Positions 37,778 through 46,834 of a stretch of DNA of 46,834 nucleotides are shown piece after piece. The number at the start of each line of letters is the position of its first letter. Position 1 is the first letter of the stretch. A model generated the notes under the pieces. That model did not search any database and was not told the DNA's origin. It saw nothing but the letters and a program-made list of their open reading frames with translations. The DNA comes from a virus (Duplodnaviria > Caudoviricetes): IMG/VR virus record IMGVR_UViG_3300044296_000119, positions 1 to 46,834 of that record. One strand, 5' to 3'. A program made the translations under genes and the position numbers.

Positions 37778-38620
37778 GTGCTGATCCCATATGCACACGT
37801 TAAAGAAGCAGCCAAGCTGCTCGAAGTAGGGAAACAAACTCGTATCAATCATACGCAGTGTTCAGCCGGTGCTGACACTCGTCGTCGTCTGTATGTAAAG
37901 CGAACTAACAACGCTGTGCTTAGCTACTGCCACAACTGTGGCGGTCATGGTGTCGCTCCGCAGAAGCGTGGACTGATGAGTGAGGATGTGATGCGCCGCA
38001 TCCTTGCCGATCAAGAAGCGGAAGAACAGACACGGGAGATAGTAGAACTGCCCGATGACACTTGTTTCTTTCCGAGCCTGTGGCCAGCGGAAGCCAAGGC
38101 ATGGCTCTACAAATACCACATCACAGATGAAGACATCACCAACTACAGCATTGGTTACTCCGAATCATGGGGCCGTGTGATTCTGCCAGTGTATGAGAAC
38201 GGTAAGCTGGTGTTCTGGCAAGGACGCTCCATTGATGGGGCTGAGCCTAAGTATGTCAGTGTTCGTGGTGCAAAGAAACCTGTGTTCATTACACACACTA
38301 CTCGTCCGTGGTTATCTGGCCTGCGTCGGGTGGCTGTTGTTGAAGACTATCTCAGTGCGATACGTATTGCACGAGACACAAGCATGGACGCAATTGCTTT
38401 GCTTGGCACCGTCGAACCTGATGACATTGTTGATAAGCTAGAGCCATACAGCTATGCCTTTATATGGCTAGACGCTGATGATGCCGGACGTGATCGTGCG
38501 CTTAAAGTTAAAAGCAGATTGAAACTGCTGTCCTCTCTCAAGCATGTGTCGAGAACAAACTATAGAGACATGCAACCGAAAGAAGTAAACCCGACAGAAC
38601 TGAAAGATTGGTGCGGGTAA
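37778..38620 (+). CDS. DNA primase (zinc finger + TOPRIM)
   Basis: H..C...CHNC, WQGR, VVED..SA, WLDAD.AG. Confidence 0.85.
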   Translation: MLIPYAHVKEAAKLLEVGKQTRINHTQCSAGADTRRRLYVKRTNNAVLSYCHNCGGHGVAPQKRGLMSEDVMRRILADQEAEEQTREIVELPDDTCFFPSLWPAEAKAWLYKYHITDEDITNYSIGYSESWGRVILPVYENGKLVFWQGRSIDGAEPKYVSVRGAKKPVFITHTTRPWLSGLRRVAVVEDYLSAIRIARDTSMDAIALLGTVEPDDIVDKLEPYSYAFIWLDADDAGRDRALKVKSRLKLLSSLKHVSRTNYRDMQPKEVNPTELKDWCG

Positions 38621-38623
38621 CAA

Positions 38624-39880
38624 TTGGATTTGGATTTACTGGCATTGCTCAAGAGCAAGGCTACGTTCCAGCGATTCAAACCTTACATTAAGGAACATGT
38701 CCTAGCTAAAGAAACACAACTCATCATCAACACAATGGACGCCTACTTCAAGGCGTTCCCTGCTGTCACCGATCTGGATTGGTCGGCGTTTGAATCCTAC
38801 TTCTTCGTTCTTAGGAACGCTCAAGTTAGGAAAGAAACTGCCCCCAACTACCGCATCGTGTTCGACAAGCTGAAGACATACAGCCCCTCGGTTGCAGCCG
38901 AGAATGTGCTGGAACATTTCGTAACACAAGACTACGCCCACCGTATAGCAGACGCTGCCCTCCGTGTGAAGGAAGGTGATGCCACCATTGACGATGTTCA
39001 CGAGCTAGTCAAGCAACACGACAAAGAACTCAATCGTGCCATCAATACCAGTGACCTATTTGTTATGGGTGGTATTGCTGGTGCTATCGCTGATGTCAAT
39101 GCACCCGGACTTGAATGGCGACTGGAAGAACTGAACGTTGCCCTTGGCCCGCTGCGTAAGGGTGACTTCGTTCTTGTCGCAGCCTACGTTGAGACAGGTA
39201 AGACAACGTTTGCTGCATCTGAGGTCAGTCACATGGCCACCCAGATTAAGGACGACAGGCCCGTTGTCTGGATTAATAACGAGGAACGTAGCGACAAGGT
39301 GAAGCTACGGATTGTGCAAGCTGCCCTTGGTCTAACCAACAAGGACATCTGTGCCGATCTGAAGAAGGCGGAAGCTGACTACGAGAAACTGATGGGCAAT
39401 CCCAATCGGATTCTTGTGCAGCTCAACGACATCTCGATGAACAACGCACAGAAGCTGACGCCTCTGTTCCGTGATTTGAACCCTGCCCTGATTGTGTTCG
39501 ATCAGTTGGACAAGGTGGGTGGGTTTCAGAACAGGGACGAAGGTGAACACGTTAGGTTGGGCAAGCTATACAAGTGGGCACGAGACTTGAGCCATGAATA
39601 TTGCCCTGTCATTGCGCTGTCGCAGTGTGATGCCAGTGCCGAGGGTTCGCAATACATTCACCTGAATCAGCTACGTGGTTCCAAAGTGGACAAACCGGGT
39701 GAGGTGGATGCCTGCATCACCATTGGCAAGAGCCACGATCCGGCATTGATGAACACCCGTTACCTTCATGTTCCTAAGAACAAGCTAACTGGTGGCCCAC
39801 GTAGTGAAGAGAAAGAACGACATGGCTACTTCGAGGTGCAGATAAAGCCGGAGATTGCAAGGTATGAAGGAACCAGATGA
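38624..39880 (+). CDS. DnaB-like replicative helicase
   Basis: ETGKT Walker A, NEE, VFDQLDK, SQ, KNK. Confidence 0.85.
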   Translation: MDLDLLALLKSKATFQRFKPYIKEHVLAKETQLIINTMDAYFKAFPAVTDLDWSAFESYFFVLRNAQVRKETAPNYRIVFDKLKTYSPSVAAENVLEHFVTQDYAHRIADAALRVKEGDATIDDVHELVKQHDKELNRAINTSDLFVMGGIAGAIADVNAPGLEWRLEELNVALGPLRKGDFVLVAAYVETGKTTFAASEVSHMATQIKDDRPVVWINNEERSDKVKLRIVQAALGLTNKDICADLKKAEADYEKLMGNPNRILVQLNDISMNNAQKLTPLFRDLNPALIVFDQLDKVGGFQNRDEGEHVRLGKLYKWARDLSHEYCPVIALSQCDASAEGSQYIHLNQLRGSKVDKPGEVDACITIGKSHDPALMNTRYLHVPKNKLTGGPRSEEKERHGYFEVQIKPEIARYEGTR

Positions 39881-41876
39881 CGCAGTAGCACTGGTGGTTG
39901 ATGTTGAAACCACTATGAAATGCCCAGTGGGTAACAACAAAGCCAACCCGTTCTGGCCTGAGAACAAGATAGTGCTGTTAGGTATTCGCCGCATCTTAGG
40001 TGGGACAGCGGTTGGTGCCTATGCCGCACCTCGTCCAGAAACCAAGTTTGCCAGTGACAATCGGCTGCTCATTGGACACAACATTGCATTTGATCTGTTT
40101 TACCTACTCAATGGTGGGCACATCACAAAGGACAGGCTAGCAACCTGCACCGTTTGGGACACGCAACTTGCTGAATATCTATTAAGTGGACAGCAGGATA
40201 AGTTTCCCTCGCTTGATGAAGTGGTGAAGAAGCGTGGTGTTGGCACACTCAAAGATACCCGTGTGTCTGACATGTTCAAGGCAGGCATGGGTGCTGATGA
40301 AGTTCCAGCCGACATGCTGAAGGACTATCTGAAAGCCGATGTTGAGAACACTGAGTTGGTGTTTTGGTCGCAGTATGCCGAGGCACAAGAGAATGGGATG
40401 CTGCCACTGATTCTGTCACAGATGGATGCACGTATGGCAACCATTGAGATGATTTGGAATGGACTGGCCGTTGACAAGAAGTTCCTAACCGATGGCATTG
40501 ATCGACTGAACAAACAATACAATGAGTTGACGACAGAATTGGGGACACACATGCTGATGCAGACAGGCATACCCTTGTCCCCTACCAGCGGTAAGGACTT
40601 GTCGTTGTTCCTGTTTGGCGGTGACTTCACTTACACCGAACGTGAGTGCATTGGCAAATACAAGAACGGCAAGGACAAGTTCAAGAACGTAGAGAAGTCA
40701 CGGCGTATTCCCATGATGTTCACTCCGTTGGATTCATGGAAACAATCACGAGGCTACTCAACTGACGACAAGGTGCTCGATCACATTGCCAACTTCACAA
40801 CCGATCCTGCATTAGTTCAGTTTTGTTGGAAGCTGCAAGAACTGCGTGATGTGAGCAAGCAACTGTCTACGTATTACGAGGGCATCGACAAGCTCATCAT
40901 GCCTGATGGCTTGGTGCACCACGACTTGAATCACTGTGTCACTGTGACTGGCCGACTGAGTTCGTCCAATCCCAACTTGCAGAACGTCACTGATGGTGCG
41001 AAGGGAGACATTAAGAAAGCGTTTGTGTCTCGCTTCGGTGATGCTGGTGTGGTGTGTGAAGCCGACTACAGCCAGCTAGAGATGGTGATGCTGGCCGTGT
41101 TGAGCGGTGACACGCAACTCATCGAGGACATTCGCACTGGCACTGACATGCACAAGGCGCTGTTTAAGGCGCTGTATGGCAGGGAGATGAAGCCGGAGGA
41201 ACGCAAGAAGTTTAAGCGTTGCAGCTTTGCCTTGGTGTATGGAGCAGGTGCTAAGGGTATATCGGAGCAGAGCGGCCTATCAGTTGATGACGCACGTAAG
41301 TTTATCCGTGTCTTCTATGACCGCTATCCCGGTGTGAAGCAATGGCACGACGCTGTGTATGAAGCAGTGAAGGCAGGCCGTGAATACAAGGGACGCAAAG
41401 ACCCTGACACCAGCCTTCCGATGGGTGACTCCGTGTATGTCAGCCCGTTCAGCCAACGGCGCTTTGTGTTCCATGAGTATCCGAATAGTCCAGAGGTTCA
41501 GAAGTGGAAGGGAACTGTGTCTTCGTTCTCTCCCACTGAAACTAAAAACTATCCGGTGCAAGGCGGAGCGACAGGAGACATTGTGCCGCTGGTTCTGGGC
41601 AAGCTCTATCGTGTTCTTAGGAACAACCCTCGCCTCAAAGACAAGTGCCTCATGATTAATACAGTGCATGACAGTGTGATGTTCGACATACATAAAGACG
41701 TGTTGGACGAAGCACTCGTCGTCATTAAGCAAACTATGGAAAGTGCGCCACAGCTAATTAAAGAAACGTTCGACTTCACGTTCCCTCTCAAGCTCAACGT
41801 TGGTGTGAGCTGTGGGCCTACGTGGTTCGATCAAACCGAAATTGATTTCAGTTATTACGATAAGGAAGCAGCATGA
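39864..41876 (+). CDS. polA: Family A DNA polymerase with 3'-5' exonuclease
   Basis: DVET, HNIAFD, TGRLSS..PNLQN, DYSQLE, R...K...F...YG, NYPVQ, VHDS. Confidence 0.92.
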   Translation: MKEPDDAVALVVDVETTMKCPVGNNKANPFWPENKIVLLGIRRILGGTAVGAYAAPRPETKFASDNRLLIGHNIAFDLFYLLNGGHITKDRLATCTVWDTQLAEYLLSGQQDKFPSLDEVVKKRGVGTLKDTRVSDMFKAGMGADEVPADMLKDYLKADVENTELVFWSQYAEAQENGMLPLILSQMDARMATIEMIWNGLAVDKKFLTDGIDRLNKQYNELTTELGTHMLMQTGIPLSPTSGKDLSLFLFGGDFTYTERECIGKYKNGKDKFKNVEKSRRIPMMFTPLDSWKQSRGYSTDDKVLDHIANFTTDPALVQFCWKLQELRDVSKQLSTYYEGIDKLIMPDGLVHHDLNHCVTVTGRLSSSNPNLQNVTDGAKGDIKKAFVSRFGDAGVVCEADYSQLEMVMLAVLSGDTQLIEDIRTGTDMHKALFKALYGREMKPEERKKFKRCSFALVYGAGAKGISEQSGLSVDDARKFIRVFYDRYPGVKQWHDAVYEAVKAGREYKGRKDPDTSLPMGDSVYVSPFSQRRFVFHEYPNSPEVQKWKGTVSSFSPTETKNYPVQGGATGDIVPLVLGKLYRVLRNNPRLKDKCLMINTVHDSVMFDIHKDVLDEALVVIKQTMESAPQLIKETFDFTFPLKLNVGVSCGPTWFDQTEIDFSYYDKEAA

Positions 41877-42385
41877 GAATCGAAAGCCAAACAGTTGAGC
41901 AGATTGGTAGCAAAGATGTGAACACCCGTTTCGGTGCCAAGAAAACCTACAGCTTCAAGGTGGGTGGTGCATGGTATAGCACGGGGTTCAAAGACCCGAA
42001 GGTGAATGCCGGTGATGTTGTGTCGTTCGACTACAACACTGGTAGTTATGGCAACGAAGCCGATCCCAAATCCATTACAAAAGGGAGCGCCCCTGCTGCG
42101 GCGTCGAGTCCGGTAACTCGCGTAATTCCGGCAGTGTCGAGTGGCAAGGGCGTCTTCCCAATCCCTGCTCTTGATGGACAACGTTCCATCATTCGTCAGA
42201 ACGCACTGACCAATGCTCGTGAGTTGTTTGTCGGTGCGGCTGGTGGCAAACCGATGGCTTGGGATGAGTCGGCAATGTGCGATTCCATCATCAACATGGC
42301 TCGTAAGTTCGAAGCGTATTCGGCTGGCGATTTGGACGCAGAAGAAGTAGCGGCAGAGATGGCAGCAGAAAAGAAAGCCGCGTAA
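41873..42385 (+). CDS. Putative ssDNA-binding protein
   Basis: OB-like N-terminal half, position after PolA. Confidence 0.45.
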   Translation: MRIESQTVEQIGSKDVNTRFGAKKTYSFKVGGAWYSTGFKDPKVNAGDVVSFDYNTGSYGNEADPKSITKGSAPAAASSPVTRVIPAVSSGKGVFPIPALDGQRSIIRQNALTNARELFVGAAGGKPMAWDESAMCDSIINMARKFEAYSAGDLDAEEVAAEMAAEKKAA

Positions 42386-42471
42386 TGATTTGCCCCAAGT
42401 GTAACAACTTTACATCGTGGCGTTATAAGAAGTGCCCCCATTGCGGGGCACTGTTGGAGAAACCTGCATGA
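42385..42471 (+). CDS. 28-aa zinc-ribbon microprotein
   Basis: CPKC...CPHCG; coupled at both ends (TAATG, ATGA). Confidence 0.6.
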   Translation: MICPKCNNFTSWRYKKCPHCGALLEKPA

Positions 42472-43397
42472 CTAAAACAATCGACACCCTTGTTGATGAC
42501 ATTCAACAGTTGTTCACGGACACACTCAGTGGCAAGTCTGCTGAGTTTGACGTGGACAATCTGTCGCGGTTCAGCGTGAACATGGCCAACCATGTCATGC
42601 AAGACCTCACTGCACGGCACAACAAACGCAAACCTAAGACGCTCTACATGAGTGAGATTGGTAAGCCTTGTGTCCGTCAGGTGTGGTATGGCGTGAACAA
42701 GCCGGAGCTTGGTGAGAAGATGGAAGGACACACCCTTCTCAAGTTTCTTTATGGCGATTGCGTGGAAGAACTGGTGCTGATGCTTGCGGAGCAGGCAGGG
42801 CACAAGGTGGAGAAACGCCAAGAGCGTAAGGAATGGGACTTGGGCGATGGCTGGAAAGTCAGTGGTCGCATTGACGCCGTCATTGACGGGGTGTTGGTTG
42901 ATGTAAAGAGCTGTTCCCCCTACGCCTTCGACAAGTTTAAAGACGGACTCACTGATGCGAACGACAGCTTTGGCTACCGTGCTCAGCTTGCTGGCTACAA
43001 CCTAGACGACAAGTATAAGCGCATGGGTTTTCTTGCTGTTGACAAACAGAACGGACGCATCGGCTTCTTTGAATTGCCTTTGGGTGAAGGGATGGAAGCG
43101 TCTAGTAAGATGATTGCTGTCCGTAATGCCTGTTCATCAAGCGGCAAGCCGGTGCGCCACTTCGAGCTGGTGCCTGAAGGCAAGAGCGGGAACATGAAGC
43201 TTTGCACTGAGTGTTCCTACTGTCCTTATAAGTGGGACTGCTGGAAGGATGCCAACGATGGGAAGGGGCTGCGAGCCTTTGCCTACTCAACTGGCCCGGT
43301 GTTCCTAGGAACAGTGGCTAAAGAACCGAAGGTGCCTGAACTACATCCGAAACGTAAGACGGAGGTAGTTGAGGATGACATCATCACGGCCACTTAA
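42468..43397 (+). CDS. Cas4-like PD-(D/E)XK exonuclease
   Basis: S.IGKPC.RQ.WY, G.ID...DVKS, Q..GY, C.YC.Y...CW. Confidence 0.8.
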   Translation: MTKTIDTLVDDIQQLFTDTLSGKSAEFDVDNLSRFSVNMANHVMQDLTARHNKRKPKTLYMSEIGKPCVRQVWYGVNKPELGEKMEGHTLLKFLYGDCVEELVLMLAEQAGHKVEKRQERKEWDLGDGWKVSGRIDAVIDGVLVDVKSCSPYAFDKFKDGLTDANDSFGYRAQLAGYNLDDKYKRMGFLAVDKQNGRIGFFELPLGEGMEASSKMIAVRNACSSSGKPVRHFELVPEGKSGNMKLCTECSYCPYKWDCWKDANDGKGLRAFAYSTGPVFLGTVAKEPKVPELHPKRKTEVVEDDIITAT

Positions 43398-44217
43398 CGT
43401 TCTAGTTGTTGGCGATGCACACGTTGACGAGGATCAGAACCTTGATCGGTTCCTAGCCCTCGGCAACAAGATCAGGATAGAGAAGCCTGACTACGTAATC
43501 ATCATCGGGGATTTCTTGTCGCTCAATTGTCTCAGTGAATGGGATAAGAATAAACGCAAGAAGATGGAGAACAAGCGGTATAAGCTAGAGATTGAGGCCG
43601 GTAACGCAGCCCTCAACATGATGGGACTGGACGGTTCACAAGACTGTGAAGTGATCTACGTCGAGGGCAACCATGAAGATCGGTTGACTCGCTACCTCAA
43701 TCAAGACCCCACGTTTGAGGACACGGTTTCAATTCCAAAAGACTTGAAACTGGTAGAGCGCGACATCACATGGGTTCGATATAAGGATGTGTTTACCATC
43801 AATGGTGTGTCGTTCACACACATCCCCATCAACTCGGCTGGTAAAGCCATTGGCAATCCCAACGTAGCACAAAAAGCATTGCGGTTGTTCTCCAACTCTG
43901 TAGTGTTTGGACACACCCACACGCTGGACACGTCGGCTGAGCATCGCCACGGTGCTGCACATCTCAATCAAGCGTTGGCTGTTGGTTGTTTCTTTGAGCA
44001 TGTCGATGACTACGCCAAGGGAAGCATGACCAACTACTGGCGTGGTGTTGTTGACCTAGTGATATACGACACCAATCGCTTTGACTTCTCAACCCAGTCG
44101 ATGCGTCAGCTCTACAACGAGTATGGGGTAAAGCGCGGTATACCTTCAACTAAACTGAAAGTATCCCGCCATGCGGTTGCAAGAACTGAAAGACGTAGCA
44201 TCCCGTCAAGCCGATGA
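43375..44217 (+). CDS. Calcineurin-like metallophosphoesterase
   Basis: GDAH, GD, GNHE, GHTH. Confidence 0.85.
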   Translation: MTSSRPLNVLVVGDAHVDEDQNLDRFLALGNKIRIEKPDYVIIIGDFLSLNCLSEWDKNKRKKMENKRYKLEIEAGNAALNMMGLDGSQDCEVIYVEGNHEDRLTRYLNQDPTFEDTVSIPKDLKLVERDITWVRYKDVFTINGVSFTHIPINSAGKAIGNPNVAQKALRLFSNSVVFGHTHTLDTSAEHRHGAAHLNQALAVGCFFEHVDDYAKGSMTNYWRGVVDLVIYDTNRFDFSTQSMRQLYNEYGVKRGIPSTKLKVSRHAVARTERRSIPSSR

Positions 44218-44329
44218 ACACGAGCTGGTTGACCTGCTCGAACTCACTGTTGATGACATCCTAGATCGGTTTGCTGACCGACTCCTTGAATTCAAGGAAC
44301 GGTTTGGTGTTGTCGATCCTGATGACTAA
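44171..44329 (+). CDS. Hypothetical acidic protein (52 aa)
   Basis: DE..LVDLLEL..DDI.DRF.D pattern; fills the gap between genes. Confidence 0.55.
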   Translation: MRLQELKDVASRQADEHELVDLLELTVDDILDRFADRLLEFKERFGVVDPDD

Positions 44330-44693
44330 ACGCAACGGTGGGTTGTGGACAGAGTCTCGCTTCAAGTCGTTCGTCATTAGCAAGCTGCGGGCCGGTCTAA
44401 GGTGGTGGCCTCCGAAGTTTCGTGTTCTTAAGAACGCTGCAACGGAGCGCCGCATCAACCCCAAGTCCGGCAAGCTTGCCATGCACTATCGCTGCGCTAA
44501 ATGCAAAGGCGAGTTCCCACTCAAAGAAGTCCAAGTCGATCACAAGCAACCTGTCGTTGACACCAAGACTGGCTTCGTCAGTTGGGATGTCTACGTCGAA
44601 CGCATGTTCGTTGAAGACAAAGCACTACAGGTCTTGTGCAAACCATGCCACAAAAATAAAAGCGACAAAGAAAGAGCGCAACGACGTGGATAA
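44322..44693 (+). CDS. HNH endonuclease
   Basis: Y.CAKC, VQVDH..P, LQVLC..CH..K. Confidence 0.8.
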   Translation: MTKRNGGLWTESRFKSFVISKLRAGLRWWPPKFRVLKNAATERRINPKSGKLAMHYRCAKCKGEFPLKEVQVDHKQPVVDTKTGFVSWDVYVERMFVEDKALQVLCKPCHKNKSDKERAQRRG

Positions 44694-46377
44694 AAGTCGT
44701 TTCAAGACCCCATTTGCCGAACACATCTTCAAACAAAAGTATGCACTGAGTCCTGCTGACAGTTGGGACAACCTTGCACACCGAGTTGTTGATGATGTGT
44801 GTGGCACACGAGGCGGCACCGAAGCTCCGCTGATGAGTAAAGAGGACAGGCAACAGCTTGTTCAATTTATCGCAGAGATGAAGTTTATTCCCGGTGGCCG
44901 TTACCTCTACTACGCTGGTCGTCCATTCAAGGCATACAACAACTGCTATCTGTTGAAGTGTGAAGAAGACACGAGGGAAGAATGGTCGGCTGTCACGCAA
45001 CGTGCAATGGCCTGTCTCATGACGGGCGGAGGTATAGGAATTGATTACTCTGTTCTGCGTCCTAGTGGGCGTCTTCTTGGTAGGACTGGGGGTAAGGCTA
45101 GTGGCCCGCTCCCGCTCATGTCCACCATCAACGAAGTCGGACGAAACGTCATGCAAGGAGGTTCGCGTCGTTCGGCCATTTACGCATCGCTACACTGGCA
45201 ACATGAGGACGCGCCGGAATTCCTCGTTGCGAAGAACTGGCACAACAAAAAGATAGGCGACGCAACCAAGCGTATTGTTGGCATTGGTGCACAAGACTAC
45301 ACGTTGTGGGATGCAAAGCAGGCAGACTTCAACTTCCCTGCCCCGCTGGACATGACCAACATTTCGCTGAACTACGACGATGCGTTCTTAGGAACGCCCG
45401 ATCACCCAACGTTCATTGCCAATGTGCGACAGGCAATGATGACAGGGGAGCCGGGGTTCAGCTTCAACTTTGGAGACAAGCAGAATGAAACTCTACGAAA
45501 CGCCTGCACTGAAGTTTGCAGCGCAGATGACAGCGATGTTTGCAACTTGGGTTCTGTCAATCTCGGAAACATTGACACAATTCAGGAACTTCAGTCGGTT
45601 GTCGAACTCGCCTCCAAGTTCCTTGTCTGCGGAACTGTCCGAGCTGACCTCCCCTACGATAAGGTCAAGCGAGTCAGAGAAAAGAACCGACGACTCGGCC
45701 TAGGCTTGATGGGAATGCACGAGTGGTTGTTGAAGAGAGGGCACAAGTATGAAGTCACTACCGAACTCCACCGTTGGTTGGCTGTATATAGGGACAGCAG
45801 TGAACGCGCTGCTAACGAGCATTGTGACCGCTTGTTTCTTTCACATCCTGTCGCATACCGAGCCATTGCTCCAACAGGAAGTATTGGTATTCTGGCCTCT
45901 ACTACAACTGGTATCGAGCCTCTCTTTGCTGTCGCTTACAAGCGTCGTTACCTCAAGGATGGGACGCGATGGCACTACGAATATGTAGTGGATGCGACAG
46001 CCGATCACATCATCAAAGAGTTTGGTGTGAAGCCGGAAGCAATTGAGACAGCCAAAGCGTTGTCATCCGATCCAGAACGTCGAATCAAATTCCAAGCTGA
46101 TGTGCAGGACTACGTGGACATGTCCATTAGTTCGACTATCAACCTGCCTCAATGGGGCAGTAAGGAAAACAATGAGAGCCTTGTTCCTAAGTTTGCAGGT
46201 GTGCTTGCTCATTACGCTCCTCGCCTCCGTGGGTTCACATGCTACCCCGATGGCAGCCGTGGTGGACAACCCATCACTGAGGTTGCGTATCAAGAAGCAA
46301 TGAAACACAAAGGAGTTGTGTTTGAGGAGAACGACGTGTGCCTCATCACAGGAAAGGGAGGGACGTGTGGAAGCTAG
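44686..46377 (+). CDS. nrdJ: Class II (B12-dependent) ribonucleotide reductase
   Basis: PGGR, NNC, GGG.G, RRSA, NACTE, CNLG, APTG, C-terminal Cys pair; no beta subunit seen; GTG 44686 is the likely start. Confidence 0.8.
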   Translation: MDKSRFKTPFAEHIFKQKYALSPADSWDNLAHRVVDDVCGTRGGTEAPLMSKEDRQQLVQFIAEMKFIPGGRYLYYAGRPFKAYNNCYLLKCEEDTREEWSAVTQRAMACLMTGGGIGIDYSVLRPSGRLLGRTGGKASGPLPLMSTINEVGRNVMQGGSRRSAIYASLHWQHEDAPEFLVAKNWHNKKIGDATKRIVGIGAQDYTLWDAKQADFNFPAPLDMTNISLNYDDAFLGTPDHPTFIANVRQAMMTGEPGFSFNFGDKQNETLRNACTEVCSADDSDVCNLGSVNLGNIDTIQELQSVVELASKFLVCGTVRADLPYDKVKRVREKNRRLGLGLMGMHEWLLKRGHKYEVTTELHRWLAVYRDSSERAANEHCDRLFLSHPVAYRAIAPTGSIGILASTTTGIEPLFAVAYKRRYLKDGTRWHYEYVVDATADHIIKEFGVKPEAIETAKALSSDPERRIKFQADVQDYVDMSISSTINLPQWGSKENNESLVPKFAGVLAHYAPRLRGFTCYPDGSRGGQPITEVAYQEAMKHKGVVFEENDVCLITGKGGTCGS

Positions 46378-46615
46378 TCTCATCCTGCCGGAACATGAGC
46401 AACGTAAGCCGGGTGTTCGAGTCTTCAACAACTATGCGTTGATTGGGTATGAAGTTCCCAACCGTCGCATCTTAAGTGGTGAAGGTCAGATGCCCACATC
46501 GTTGCAGCCCACTGAGGTGGTTTACTTTGAACGCAGCAAATACAAGCCACACATTGGGAAGAAACAAATAGCAAAGGAGTTAAAGCGCCGTAAACAACCC
46601 ATTGCTAAGGAGTAG
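46367..46615 (+). CDS. Hypothetical protein
   Basis: GGGAGG RBS, GTG start, SKY.PH.GKKQ..K motif. Confidence 0.6.
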   Translation: MEASLILPEHEQRKPGVRVFNNYALIGYEVPNRRILSGEGQMPTSLQPTEVVYFERSKYKPHIGKKQIAKELKRRKQPIAKE

Positions 46616-46617
46616 TT

Positions 46618-46834
46618 ATGTATCAAGTATTCAAGAACGGTAAGCCGCTGGCTGGTGTGAACAACACGTTTGGTTATGCATCAGTTGGTAAAGCCAACCA
46701 ACTCACCTTCATCAACTACGAAGAAGCGCGACAAGCTTTGCGTAAATACATTCGTCAGATGGTGAAGAAAGGCAAGGCCAACACTGACCAGTTCGGCTAC
46801 TGGGACAGCATCAGCCGCAATCCGGCGCGGTTCA
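46618..46834 (+). CDS. Hypothetical protein (82 aa) that wraps the contig end and stops at 157-159
   Basis: AAGGAG RBS, ATG at 46618, MYQVFKNGKP...GFTIRGV open across the overlap. Confidence 0.75.
   Translation, partial: MYQVFKNGKPLAGVNNTFGYASVGKANQLTFINYEEARQALRKYIRQMVKKGKANTDQFGYWDSISRNPARF
46708..46834. repeat. Second copy of the 127-bp terminal duplication
   Basis: Identical to 1-127. Confidence 0.9.

Larger units (their letters stand above)
162..45395. repeat. Dispersed palindrome GTTCYTARGAAC, 31 perfect copies
   Basis: Starts at 162, 1655, 3609, 5908, 6274, 8434, 9727, 13677, 16040, 17113, 19007, 21052, 25661, 25983, 26270, 27073, 27596, 28434, 29661, 30362, 32288, 33809, 35306, 35951, 37448, 38807, 39770, 41613, 43301, 44424, 45384 (manual scan). 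Confidence 0.95.

Noticed and set aside
42468-43397. Cas4-like gene as part of a CRISPR system
   Set aside because: No array or other cas genes; solo Cas4-like nucleases are common in phage replication modules
162-45395. Palindromes as a CRISPR array, REP elements or restriction sites
   Set aside because: They are dispersed 12-14-mers, mostly in-frame within genes, with no spacer periodicity; restriction sites would be depleted, not enriched
162-45395. Palindrome as a LexA box or FRT-like recombination site
   Set aside because: Half-site order is the reverse of the GAAC-N4-GTTC SOS box; the FRT resemblance is limited to GTTCCTA/TAGGAAC with no spacer

Overview
The window looks like a complete, circularly assembled podovirus genome of about 46.7 kb; bases 1-127 are repeated at 46708-46834. 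The architecture has two divergent arms and resembles SIO1/VpV262/cobavirus-like podoviruses that lack an RNA polymerase. The minus-strand arm (858-25956) carries tail, terminase, portal, scaffold, capsid, tail tube, internal virion and endolysin genes. The plus-strand arm (27626 to the end, wrapping to about 520) carries small early genes, a vWA/AAA+ (CobT/CobS-like) pair, excisionase, tyrosine integrase, a tRNA-Asp-type attP, primase, helicase, PolA, Cas4-like nuclease, phosphoesterase, HNH, class II RNR and tRNAs. Four signals stand out. (1) A 12-bp palindrome, GTTCYTARGAAC, occurs at least 31 times across the genome, mostly inside genes and in different reading frames. (2) A densely base-paired non-coding tract of about 770 nt (possibly up to 1.25 kb) at the head of the early arm looks like a large structured RNA. 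(3) Three sigmaE-type promoters (GAACTT-N16-TCYAA) precede the structural and replication operons. (4) The phage has an integration module but no recognisable repressor. All protein calls come from motifs and synteny read by eye; no database searches were run.
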